From Gnetum montanum (Eukaryota; Plantae; Gnetophyta), in NCBI GenBank assembly GCA_015680685.1, contig MNCI01000651.1:1541832-1605831 (forward strand): DNA of 64,000 nucleotides, in the 5' to 3' direction. The position numbers were made by a program, and so were the translations under genes. The first letter of the stretch is position 1. Each line of letters starts with the position of its first letter. The notes beneath the pieces are model-generated. The model was given only the letters and a program-made list of their open reading frames with translations. It was not told the DNA's origin and ran no database searches. Positions 1-12,989 of this stretch are shown piece by piece.

Positions 1-432
1 GATAGCTGAAGCTTAATCAGAAGTGTGCATCTCTTGAAGGCTGGTTGGATTTGTCTTCAAAGAGAGTTTGTTGGAAAAGTGAAGACAAATATGTTACTAT
101 TATTTGTTGTATTTCCTCTTATGTTTTTAAAGGATGTTGCATTAAAAAAAAAGGTGACTTTGTAAAGTGATGTTTATGTGGGGATATGTTTTATCCTACA
201 TGAGTTAGGATTGGGGTTTGGTCCTAATGTTTCCTTATAAATGGAAGGCTAAGGGTACCCTTTATATGTGTGTGTTTTTGATGCGGAAGTATTGTTTCAA
301 GGTTTTACTTTAGAAACGTGAGTCTTGTAGATGTTGATCTGAGATCTGTTGGAGTAATAGATTAGGTGCTTGGGAAAGCTATAAGGATGGCTTGTGTCCT
401 TAAGATTTGAGCAGAATAAAAGGCAACTCAAC
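1..432. mobile_element. Possible LTR 3' portion in the last LPP intron
   Basis: TATAAA at ~236, AATAAA at ~416 and a ...CTCAACA terminus at 432; no partner copy in the window. Confidence 0.3.
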
Positions 433-1119
433 ATTGTCATGGAGTGGAACTCTCATTTTCAATCATAACATACAGTGCCCTTAGTTTCTAGGTTATAGAT
501 TTGCATATTTTCTACAAAACTTCCAGCACCTAGTTCCACGCCAGGCAATTTTCCACAACTCAACTTCCAACATTTTGTTTGTAAAAGCATTTTACATATT
601 TAAGGCATCACTGATCAAAAAATTTCCAAATTCTAAGGCATCATTGATAAAAAAATTTCCCTGTAAAAATCTGCACCAATCAAGTTCAGCGTTTCTCATA
701 GTGATTTGATTAAACTTTCCAAATTTAGCTATCTTCCTACAAGACCTTCAATGGTCTACCAGCTTTAAGCATATCCATTCTAGTGGATAAACATTTTATA
801 ATTTAATGGGCAAGGTCATCAGCTTCAGTTTAATTAGACCTAAAAAGTTGAAACCCCAAAAGGTTTCATAACACATTTGGTATGTTAAGCCATTTGGCAA
901 CTCGCTATTTTAAATGTTAAATTCAAGATATCATCCAATCGTCATACGACAAAGCAAGTATTAGCAATTCCCGTAAATTGGGTGACCATGTTCTATTTTG
1001 AGAGCTATGCTATTTAGCAAATATTCAATTAATGTATATATGTTGACAGTTGCTACTACCAGTATTAAAAATTGAAGTGCGCTAATTGCAACAAGAAGTG
1101 TGAGTATATGCATTCCTAC

Positions 1120-1179
1120 CCTCTTCATGGTATGGAGCTGGAAAGAACTGTCGGTAACACAAGGCTGACACTATAAAGC
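1120..1179 (-). CDS. LPP: LPP coding exon 6 (gene continues, probably beyond the window start)
   Basis: acag|(G)FIVSALCYRQFFPAPYHEE(G)|gtagga; 60 nt, phase-consistent; CYxQFFP motif. Confidence 0.92.
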
Positions 1180-1307
1180 CTGTTATCAAAAATGGCAACA
1201 ATAAGCAAAATCAGCTGAACAAGTTGAATGTGCTCTTAAAAATCTCATAAAAATAATAGTAATAATTGTCATCGTGACTGTTGTAGTTATCAACGGTGGG
1301 AGAATAC

Positions 1308-1496
1308 CTAAAAGGCCTCCTGCAAAAACATCTTGCCAATGGTGCCAATAATCATCTACACGTGAAACGCCAACCAAGGCAGCTACTAAAAGTGGAAAGA
1401 ATACAATGCAGAGCTTTGCAGCATGGCCTCGACGATCGAACAAATTTATCTTCCCCGCCAGATACCATGAAAGATATCCCAACCCAGCAAAGCACC
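1308..1496 (-). CDS. LPP: LPP coding exon 5 (catalytic motif C3)
   Basis: gcag|(W)[62 protein letters not shown](G)|gt; T from exon 4 plus GG restores the Trp codon; SRxxxxxHxxxD motif; 189 nt. Confidence 0.95.
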
Positions 1497-2158
1497 CTGC
1501 CACAAAAACCAGAAATTCAAAATTTTGCCCCACTAGCAATAAACTTAGCTATCCGGATATTGCTTACAGTACTTTGCAACATAACAGATAGATGAAATAC
1601 ACTTATCAGGAACCTCCTTATAATAATATATCCAAGCATATAAGTATGAAACGACAAAAATTGTTACATGTTAACCAACTGCAACTAAAAAATAGTTGGA
1701 TTGTAATAATTTCTTTTGAATCCAAAGAATAGCACTCCCTTTCACTGTTGTCATAACATTTCTGCTCCCCTGTGCAACCATGAAATATTTGCACTTTCAG
1801 TTTAAAATATTCTAATTTTTGACTGTTCTAATTTTTATTGTTCCTCTTTTTTAACTGGACTAACAAGAACATCAACCTTCGTATTTTTCACCCACCCCCA
1901 TTATTAAATAAAGCCAAGGAAACTTCTAGCCTCCCTGCTCATGAATATTATGTGCAAGCATTTTGAAACCACTTTTCATGTGAACTTTCACAGTACATGG
2001 GCTGTCTCTGGCAATTTTGATATATTTGGAAGCCTTTTTTTATCCTATGTATAATTGAATAGAAGTTATGTTAACAATTTGTTAAATAGGAAAGTGTCAA
2101 AGTTCAAAGTATTTTATTTTCAGATTTGTCTAAAAGTTCAAATGTTTATTTAGTAAGA

Positions 2159-5100
2159 AATTAAGTCTTATCAGAAAGTTTGTCTTGGCCATTCTGAGTC
2201 AGGTGCTACGGACCATGGAATTAAGTCTTATCAGAAAGTTTGTCTTGGCCGGCACTAGCCCTAAGCTGGAGTTGGTCAAGAAGTGGGTGGCAGTGCAATG
2301 GTATTTTTGTCTGGTCGTGGTTTGCAATCTCCCAAGGGATTTGCTATTGTTTATCTTCAAAACTATGTCAGATCAGCATAAAGTTCTTCTGGGGGGCCCT
2401 AGTTTTTCGGTGCCAATCATCCACTGGTGCCCTAGTGCACATCGAGATCCAAATTTGTTTTCTAGGATGCCAATGTGGATCCAAGTTTTCAGGATCTAGT
2501 GGGAGATGTGGACACCTGCCTTCCTACAGGTGATGACAAGTCTCTTTGGAGAGTTCATTACATTTGATAGATCCATGGCATCCTTGGATAGAATGGGGTA
2601 GGGGGTTGGCCTCCCTTTCCCGTTGGCCTTTTGAGACTATCGATACATCCATGTGGAGCATCACCATTTGGTTCCACCAAATAGGAATTTAGCTCACAAA
2701 CTTTTATGCTGCACAGCAATGGGAGGAGCAGCTGAGGGAGCTACAGAGGATTGCTTTGTTAATCTTGGATTGGGGGAAGTGGATTCTGGTCAGGGACTTC
2801 AATCAAAGCTTGTACCCGTGGGATAAGTCTAATGAGGCAACCCTAGAGCCTCTTGGGGCATAGTCATTCCTACAATTTCTAGAAGTTGATGACCTAGTGG
2901 ACATGGACATCAAGGGTTTCCAATTCACATGGTGCAATTGAAGAAAAGGTAAGGACACAGTCATGACAAAGATTGACAGGATTTGGGTGGGCTTGGTCCT
3001 ATTGATGGACCAGGGGTGACTATTTTGGGGAAGGAGTAGGTGCCAAGTAGGTCCCCTAGTACTTGTTTTGTGTGTGTGTGTGTGGAATGATTTTGGTTAG
3101 CTAAGCCTTGATTTAGACTGTTGGTGGAGAAAATTTGGAAGGACTAACCCTCCCCCACTAATGCTAGGGATTTTCTTAAGCAAGGGCTCACTTTGCTGAA
3201 ATAGCACATTAGGGCATTGAAGTTGAAGGATAACTTTTCCTTTAGGTCCTGCAGTGGGTTGTTGCTAGAGCACTTAGAGGTGATTCAGGCAACACAGGAG
3301 TGGAGATAGGGCCTTGACGATAACGAGGGGGGCAGTGCTTGCGGAACTCCAAAATCTAGATGTTGAGGAGGAAACCTATTGAAGGCAACAAGGGCATGCA
3401 TGCTAGCACCAAGAGGAGGATAGGAATACTTGTTTTTTCTTCGCTAATGCCAATTTGGTGCAGATTTCCAAATAGATTCATAGAATTAATGTTGCATGTG
3501 CTACAGTGGAGGGGAAACAAGAAGTTGCCTATGCACTAATGGCTTACTGGTTATGCCTCTCTCTATTGATATTGGGCAGATCCTAAATGAAGCTGATAAT
3601 CAACAGCTGTTAGCCCCGTTTAGCCGGGAAGAATTAGTGGAGGGTCTTGCTTCTATGAAAGGGGGGAAGGCACCTAGTCCTAATAGTTGGCCTGTGGAAT
3701 TTTCCCAAGCTTTCATTGATGTTCTAGGGGATAATTTATTGGATGCCTTTAACACCATGTTGCATTGGAGGCAAGTCTGGCAGGAGATCAATTGCTCTCA
3801 ATTGGTGCTTATCCCCAAGATGGCTAATCCAATGACTCTTGCTCATTTCCAGCCAATTGGGATGTGCAACACTCTGCTTCACCTATTTACAAAAATGCTG
3901 AGGGCTCGGATGGGACCCATGATGCCACGTTTAATTGGGCAGCAACAAGCCAAATTCGTCAAGGGTAGGTTCATTCAAGACAAGGTCATTCTAGTGTAGG
4001 AAGTGATGCACTCGTGGAAAGCGACTAAATACCCAAGTATGTGCCTCAAACTTGATATTACGAAAGCATATGACACAATGTCTTGGAGTGCCCTCAAGGA
4101 TATAATGCTATGAAAAGGTTTCCACCCGAACTTTGTGGATCTTTGCATACATATTCAAATGTTGGGGGCCTTCTCGCTGGATTTGGAGGGCCAACTTTGG
4201 GGGTCCTCCTCCCCTAGCAAGGGGTTACGTCAAGGGGATCCCCTTTCACGGTATCTATTTATCATTGTCATGGACACAATGCGGGCCTATTGCACGTTGG
4301 AGGGTGTGAGAGGTCTAGATATTAGAGGTGTCAATTGCTTGGTTGAACATTACGCTGATGATACCATTTTGTTTTCTTAGGCAGCGGTGTCTCAAACATT
4401 GGCAATCAAGAGGATGCTACAACGTATGGCTAAAGAGATCGGATTGGAGATCAATCGGGGTAAGTCAATGGTTCATCTGCAAAATACATATGCCAAGATT
4501 CAAGGTCAAATTGTGCGAATCTTGGGGATCTTACCAAGATCCATTAAAGGCACTTATCTTGGGTTACCTCTATATGATTGACATTGGCAGCATGTGTGGG
4601 GTAGTCTCCTTCGGCGGCTGCAATATAAGATTGGTCATTGGATGGCTTGGTTCTTAACTCCAGCTGGGAGGTCCCTATTGGCTACATTGGCTCTTTTGGC
4701 TATTACTCGTACATGGCTTTGGCTGCTTCTCCCCCGACACACATCATACAAAAAGTTGATCAACTAATTGGGAATTTCACGTGGTTGGGGGTAAAGGGGA
4801 TGATCGATTGCATCTGGTTGGGTGGGATACGATGGCCAGGCCTAAAAATGTCAAGGGCTTGGGAGCCTCCGATTCCAAGATATCATTGCGATGGGGTACC
4901 AGGGGCTTCTTAATCAACTACTTCAGCATGACTACAGTCCAGCCAAATGGATTACTCTTATGAACAATAAATATCAACAATGGGAGGCCATTGCGGGTGA
5001 TTCTCATATCTAGCGGGCATTATGCACACATGCACGAGAGACGATGGTGTTGGGGCTTTTGGGTGTGCCACCAAAGCAGCTGGTCAAAGCTAAATATCCG

Positions 5101-7042
5101 AAGGTTAGGGGATGGCAGGGTCAAAGCTAAATATCCTAAGGTTAGGGGATGGTAGGGGTTATGGAAGGGCCAAGTCCCCAAAAAAATGAAAATGTTTATA
5201 TGGCTTGTCAGTCATTCTACTATCCCAATGCAGCATGAATTACAATGGCAAGGGGTTACTGTTGATCCCACGTGTCCCTTTTGCAAATTGTGCACATTAT
5301 TTTCCAAAACTCATTTTCACGAAGAGTTTGGCAAACGACAAACATCCAACCGGCAGTTGTGTTTGACAATGATTCCTAGGCTATTGCGATCCTATGGGTG
5401 CTCTAGAGAATGCAGAACTACAGAGTTTTTAGGGGGATCCTGCCACCACCTCTGGCACAAGTTGCTATGGTTGGAGTGCAGCTTTGGTGGGAGGCGCATT
5501 TGGCAATGGGAGTGACACCCACCTACAAGCCATCTTGTACAAAGTACCAGGAGAACCCAATTCTCTAGAATATGGTTTCCAGGGTGGGGTGGATAGATGT
5601 GCTAGCTTTGCTCAAGGGGGGACCCTAACCTAGAAGATGGGCACTTTTATACCAATTGGCAAGGGGATAGGACACACTTTAGGATGGTGCGCATTGAGCT
5701 TACAGAGGAGGCGATTGTGAACTACTTACGCATGTTGACGAGGGGGGAGGAGGTGCCACTTCGGGGGCAGGGGCTGTAGGATGCTTAGGATTTCTTCGTG
5801 GGGCTGGTGCCTAAGACCAAGAGTGGTCAGGTCCTAAAGGCGACGTTGGACCCTCTATGGCAAGATGTGGCGGTTCTAGTCAATAGGTTCTTCATGCACT
5901 CTGACAACACCTGGAAGTTGTTGGGAGTGCACTTCAGTTTCATGCAAAGCCTCCAAAAGGGGTATATGGTTAATTTGCCTCATTTTTTCCTAGCGACGTT
6001 GCAACAACAAAAGAGGGGTACACATTTAGGCCTTATTTTAGCTCTATGGCTGGTGACTTAGGGGAAGGTTCAACTAGAACCGACAGCGTCTCAAGTTTAG
6101 GCAGAGTATGGCCATCAGCGGCTGCGTTGCATGGACCTAAAGGCAGAGTTAGAGGACTCCGATGACCAAGGGGATTGGTGGATCTGCATGCTAGGGAGGG
6201 TTTTGGAGGGATTCCATCGAGCGTTCTAGCTCAATCCCTAAAATGACAAAGTGGGAATAAGCCAATAGAGGCAGGGTCTAGGACTGTAGGGGAGTCGGGA
6301 CCTAGTTGAAGTAGTAATGCTGCATGCACTGGAGGCTGACTTGCAACAGCAAATCCAGGAGGAAGCATGCCAGCAAGAGGCCCAGGAGAGGGAGGATCAA
6401 GAACGCAAGGAATAGGAAGAGAGAGAGGTGGCCTAGATTCAACAATAGTTGGATCAGGCGCATGAGAGCGGAGCACGAACCTGGCTGAAAGAGTGACGAT
6501 GCCCCTATGTGATAATGAATATTGGTCCCCTAGGGGACCCTAAGGAAGCATAACAAATGGAGGGGGAAGAAGCTGCACCCAAACAACATAGGGGATGAAG
6601 CAGAATGCACTAGGAAAGCTGAAGCCTTTAAGGATTTCCAGCATGTGGCAGCTTTTGTCAACGCAAAGTGGTACAAGGCTATTCTGGATGCTATTCACGC
6701 TCAAGAATAGGTTATATGCCGTTGTACGCACCTGCCATGCCATATATAGGTGGTGACCTTGGGCTTTGGGTTTTGTTGGTTTCTAGTAGCCCTGTCTCTT
6801 TGTTTTGTTGGGTCTTTTGACTAGTGGGTTAGTGTTGGGGGGTCCACAAGGGTGACTCACCAATTTTGATTTTTTGATGTTGGGCAGTTGGTAGGTGGGG
6901 TCTAGGTTGGCCTTGCCTTTTGTGATGGGGGCTTTTCTTTCTAGGAGTGGAGGGGAGAGACCTCCCCTCATTTTTGGGGCTGTACAAATCTCATGTAATT
7001 TTCTTTTTACGATTAATCTAACCTGAATACTTTTCAAAAAAA
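2159..7042 (+). mobile_element. L1-clade LINE copy A (degenerate, internally deleted) with extended ORF2 C-terminus ending in a J-domain
   Basis: ORF1 DUF4283-like (LIRKFVL...LLGGP...MWIQ) 2185-2500; endonuclease remnant (FTWCN, TKIDRIW) ~2920-2990; RT 3496-4400 (KAPSP, KLDITKAYD, GLRQGDPLS, YADD); zf-RVT ~5160-5290; extension to stop at 6749; A-tail 7036-7042. Confidence 0.92.
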
Positions 7043-9659
7043 GGAAATCTTGCATAGAATGTTTACAGCAATGCTATTTGATTGTGATGACTATCTTTTT
7101 CTTGGAAAATCAGCAATTGGTTGAGAGCAACATCTGAATACAGTGTTTTTGTGCCAATTAGACATGATTCATTTTACTAACCTTTTGTTGCTGTTGAAAT
7201 TCTAAAAGATCAGAAATTACAGTTGAGGAATATTAGAATCTATTCTAACTTGATTAGAAAATCAAAATACATCTGTCCGTCTAACATAAGCAAAATCAAA
7301 AGAAAAGTGGTATGCTATCTTTAATAGCAGGCAGCTAAAGCACATATGATATTACATGTACTCAGTATTTGAAAATGCTATCAAAAAATTTGTTATCATT
7401 AATTATGATTTGTTGATGTCTGTTGTTGTCATGACAACAGCTTGGGTGCTCGCATGTTTATTGTTTCTTATAGTATCTGAATGGGTCAATTAATGCGATT
7501 TCCCTCTCTATTGTTATTCTAATCTTTGAAAATGTGTTATGGAAGCATGAAAAATGATTACAAGGGATAAGCAAAAGGACATGAAGGGACAACACAGAAC
7601 TTCCTTCTTGTTTCCATGACAAAGTGATGATGTGGTAAAATACTTATGTTTTTGTCATGGCCTTGTGATTAGCTTTGATTCCTCTATTAGAGTTTCAATA
7701 ATTTGATTTGTGAATTATTGTTCTGCATGATTATTGTCCTGACTGGCCAGTTCTTTGTTTAAACAAGTTTAGTAAGCCACACTATCTAATTTCTAATTTT
7801 CCATTTTTTACGAACAATGAATATTATATAGTTGGTAAAAATATTGTGAATAAACGTGGAGATAGTGTCATAGTTGCAATAATTTTGTTGTATATCGTTT
7901 TGCAATTTATCCAGCTTATGAATAAAATGTTTTCCAACATTTTGACTCTCCATATAACTGATTATGTAGCTTGCAGTTCACAAGTCACAAGTTTGATCCT
8001 GAGGAAAATTCTGAAACAAGTCCCAATCTAGAGGCATGGTAGGGCTACGGCATTGGGTAGACAATTGGCCATAAGGTAACCAGCATCAAATTCTTTACCT
8101 AGCTTAACAGTTAACACGTTATAATGGGATAAAGGCACCATACTAATAATGATGATATGTCTGATTATGTTTTGATATGTATAATTTAGAATTGTTGAGG
8201 CAGATTGATTGAGTTGATTTTTCTGTTGCTTACCTAGAAGGCTATGAACATGATTACAAGTTTAGTTGTTTTCACATTTGTATTGCAGCTTAGGTGCATA
8301 GCATCTATTGAGAAATGTCAACACTCATATTGGCATTTACTTCTAGCTAGATCCTTGGGTCGTTGTTTGCATTATATAATTCTCTTTGTTTATGACTTAC
8401 TTCTTGTGCTTAATTTATTGTTACCAATGCTAGACCATAAATAAAAATGCAGACAGGATAATGGATTGCCTTTTCAGGTAAAAGATTTCAAATCGCAGAT
8501 TGCTTGGACTTGCAACCAAAATCGTGTGGAATCATATAAGTAACAAACAATTTGAAACAAAGATTTTGAAAGATTTTTGCAATAGCCAAATATTTCTATT
8601 AACAAAAACATAAAAAAGCATACAGTAGATTCACACGAGCAAGGTAAGGCTTCTTGTTTTAATGACTCTTGTTTCTATTGTTGGAAAGCTTCATGTGGAA
8701 CATGGCATTCATTAAGGGACATAAGCATGAGCAAGGTACACACAGACTGCATCCACAACTATGGTAGGCTAACAGTAGCAATGCTAAATACTTTCCTTGA
8801 GTTCCAACCAAAGGCTTTGACATTGCTGGCAATCATCGTCATACTCGTATTGCATTGCTTATGAATGCCTAAAATGCCAAATAAGATAAACAAACTATCA
8901 CTAGTGTCAGGTTCCAACAGCCTTCAATGTTAAACTACTACCCATGTAGATAAAAATGGTGCCAAAACCACAGATGCACCATTCGAAGCACCACTACCAT
9001 CATGGATGTTCATGTTTCATTAAATTTGGCTAGTTTTGTCAGATGAAACCAACTACAGGAAGACACAGATGCAAATAGACCATAACAACAGAGTGCAGAA
9101 CTATAAAATCATGCACATTTGATTCCAAACTCACGATTTTAAAATGCACATTTTTCTATGGATCACAATGCACTCAATATGGCAATTCTGATCTGATTCA
9201 ATGCATTTTCTCTGGCTCACAATCTGGAATCATCTAGATCACAATTCTGATCCACATTTTTAATCTATGTGATAGACAAATTGCAAGCTAAACTTATGAA
9301 GGTCAAATATTGCTTTCCTTGCAGGACTATGACTCACCTCCCTTTATTTCACTTTTTAAGACATGTAAGTGCATGGGATGTGCTAGGATGATGAAAGAGA
9401 GATGTGACTCAAAGGTCAAGTAAAGCATAGCTAGACGTAGATGTTGATCAATAGGAGTAACTTGCTTTCTTGTAAATTTGAATCTAGTGTAGTCGAACTA
9501 TTGATGTCACCTCATAATATGATTTGAAATACTGTAAAATAATGATAGATGAACAGTTAAGCTCCTATTTTGACTGTTACTGGTAATATCTTCGTTATTA
9601 TTGTTCATTTAAAGTTTAATGATTTACATTATACCATTGTTAACAATTTTGGTGTTAAT

Positions 9660-11353
9660 ATGCCCTAATGGAGACTCCAAGGGGACCGCCATGCTCTAGA
9701 CAATGTGGAAATTTAGAAATAACCTCATCTTTCAAGGTCAACGGCTCCTATCACTGATTTCAGCTGCTGCTGCTAGAACATGGTCATAGCAGAAATCCTC
9801 GTGGAGCATGGGGCGAGCACAATATTGTGAGCCGGTGGTGGGAGAGTTCTAGCAGGACAAAGAACTATGGCAATTGGTTACAAGGGTGGGGTGGGACAAG
9901 TTGCTGGATCATATTGAAGGGGTGCCTGATCTTGCAGATGGCGCCTTTTCGAGAATTGGGAAGGGGAGACAACAATATGCAGAGGAAGACAGATTTAGCT
10001 AACGAAGTCAACGATGGCGGTGGTGTTGGGGGTGCCATCAAGTGGGTGGGGGTGGGAAGGTGATCCCATCAATACTTCACAGCTTTCAGTACGCATCTGA
10101 ATTGTTTGGGAGAGGGATCCTAAAGATGGCAACTAGGCATGCTCCCAAGTCTACACTACCACGGATTTGGCAGGCGGTAGCAACTTTAATTGACAAATTT
10201 TTGGTGCAATCGAGCAGCTCAAATAGACTTGTAGGGGCTCACTTTGCCTTCCTTTAGTGCCTGAAATTTGGCATGCATGCGAACATCCCAAGATTCTTGC
10301 TAGAGTTCCTGATGAGGAAACAGCCTAGTGGGCATCTTGGTCTGATTCTAGCCTTATGGTGGTCGGGGACACCGATCATTTTGAAGGAGCCGCAATCTGA
10401 GCCATAGTGGGTGTATTATAAGAGGCGGCTCCATTACACTATTAATGGAGGATAGACAAGTGAGGGGCGGNNNNNNNNNNNNNNNNNGGTGGGTGTGTGT
10501 GGTGGGGGGGATGGATGGCGGCGAAGGCAATTGAGGGAGGAAGCTAAGAGCAAAAAGGTAAACCCTTACGAGATGGTGCAGGGCAAGCAAGAGGCAGTTA
10601 TCATGATGACACGCTGCGAGCTTGATGCCCTTGTACAAACAGCTAGGAGTGAAGTGGCGGGGACAGCGCATGAAGAGACAGAAGCGAAAGGAGAGGTGCA
10701 GTGGGATGCACATGTGTGGCAACTAACGACGCTAGTTGCATGCCAAAGGGCAAAGCTGTAGAACCTACTCCATAGGAACAAAGCACGACGGGAAGAGACC
10801 AACAACCAACTAATGGAAAGCGCGATGAACACACAAACTCCAACATAAGAGGAACAATAGGCACAGAGGCGACCAATGGATACCCAAGTCTATGAGCAGA
10901 ATACAAACAAGGAAGGCCAAGATGTTTGCAGACAAATGCTACAGTAGGACAAGGAGCATAGGAATCTTCCAAGAAAGCCTAACAGAGTCACCACACAAGA
11001 AAGCATACATTGGTGGAATCCCCACAAGGCATGATGGATGTTGTTGTGTTTTGTCTGTTTTGTCGCTTGTTTCTTTCACTTGCAGGGATGGAAAGAGCAT
11101 GTTGAATTAGGTGATTTCAAGCACAATGTGGATAGCCTACCTAGGCCTTCATGGACATGGGGTTTTGTGTTTCAAGGGTGAGTCATTTTTGACAAGGGGT
11201 ATGTGGGGGTGGCAACTACTAGGAATGGCAACGTCCACCTAACTAGGGTCGGCTCGGGTAGTTGACAAGTATTGTTTGGTTTCATGAGCTGAGCAACTTG
11301 TACATATTATTTTCTCTGGTTTGAATAAATCCCAATCACTTCTCAAAAAAAAA
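9660..11353 (+). mobile_element. L1-clade LINE copy B (5'-truncated; ORF2 end plus extension)
   Basis: Starts in the post-zf-RVT motif (NGDSKGTAML*TMWKFRNNLIFQG); extension homologous to A and C (GWDKLL, NIPRFLL, GHLGLILALW); G/T-rich 3' UTR ending CTTCTC-A9. Confidence 0.85.
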
Positions 11354-12989
11354 GAATGTGACTTTTTAGTCAAGGCTTGTGGCTTGCATCCTCAAGCCAC
11401 ATGTGAGATCCAAACAAGCTACCTATTGAGCTATACAAGCATTATGCAATTATTGAAATTACATTTGTCAAATAGATCCATAGGTAAAAATAGTTCCCAT
11501 TTTGGTTTCAGTTTGAATTTCACTAAAGAATAAACCATAGAACTTTAACACCCACTAGGGAACTGTGAGTATTAGTACGTATTTGTAGTAGTGTAGGAAC
11601 AGACCAAGTTTTTACTCTACATTTCATAAGTTAAGATGTTTGTTTGTGTCTTTTTAGGTGGGTTCTTTTATAGAAAAACAAGCTTGAAGGAGTGTTGGCG
11701 TGCAATGGGCAGCCTCTAGAATGATTATTTGCCATGGTTGAAGGCTAATTTTGAAGTGCTAAAAAGAATAACTGAAACATCTAAGAAAAGGTATGACCCT
11801 GGCTTAGACAAGCTACTACATTTCAGCAAGATCTAACCCTACCTTAGCACCCAACTCTAGGCTAGAAAGTATAAGAAAATGGTTGGATGTAAAATTTACT
11901 CCATGAGGAGCAATACAAACATAGATGGAATCATATCATCGCCACCTCTCTTTTCATACCACTAGGGATACTTAACACTACTTCACCAACTATTGTTACC
12001 TACCGTTAGACCATCTCTCAAAGGAAGCAACACTGGTTGTCTCTGAGCAATGAGGCTTATACCCATTCACATTGGTTCATCCAAAGTTCCTGACCCTCAT
12101 GCACTAATTTTGGGATGTGCTATCTTCTTATCAATTAAAGTTCACAAGTCAACCAAAAAACTTAGCAGTGGGATTGAATACCTAAGTCCAACTATTTCAA
12201 CTCCTCCAATTCTAGTGTAGTCAATTTGTATGGACATTGCCTAGGAGGGGCAATTCCCAATAACAATTCAATTTTGTGGTCCACCAACTGACACTCAAGT
12301 AACTCCTTTAACATCAAGTCCTTATACCTCCCTAAAACTACTTCAATTCTCCTATTCACCTAAGCCAAATCTTTACCTCCTCCTTCAACTTCTCTCAACA
12401 CTACAAAATACATAATCTAAGTCGAGTCTCTGGCCACCTTCATCATCATCATAGGGAACACAATTTAAAGATCCTAAGGTGTGCTATTCACTCCAAGTGC
12501 AAAAATCTTCATCACATAGGGTGGATTCTCATGCAAGATGTAAAGAAAAACAAGATGTGGAGCAACCAACACTTTAGCCTTCCTCAAAAAATCTTGTCCA
12601 TGGATGACTTGGAAAGAAGGTATGTCCAACACTATCCCACATGTACTGAAACCTTACTCACCATCCCAATACATTTGATTGCGTGAAACTTGGCTAACTT
12701 ACAAGATGCCAAGGCTAGCTTGACCTACAAGTTGAGATCACGAGTGATTTTCGACGTCAAGTAATTGTGGTTGGCACATGTGTCAACCAAAGCATTCATT
12801 GCCTTCTTAGAAAAGTTTACTAGAACCATCTAAACTGCATGCAAAGTGGTCCCTTGTTTCCCCCGCTCTCCCTGGACATTTTATTCCACCACCGCCAAAC
12901 TCCAAGAGATCTGCTGAATTACATCCCAATTTCCTATCTCTTCTCTGTCCTTCCCCTCAATTACTTGTAATTAAGCTTGTAGTTGGGGT

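Noticed and set aside
748-779. Candidate final LPP exon (EWICLKLVDH*)
   Set aside because: It has an AG and a compatible phase but lacks the expected GWGP.AYF similarity; the real exon is probably outside the window
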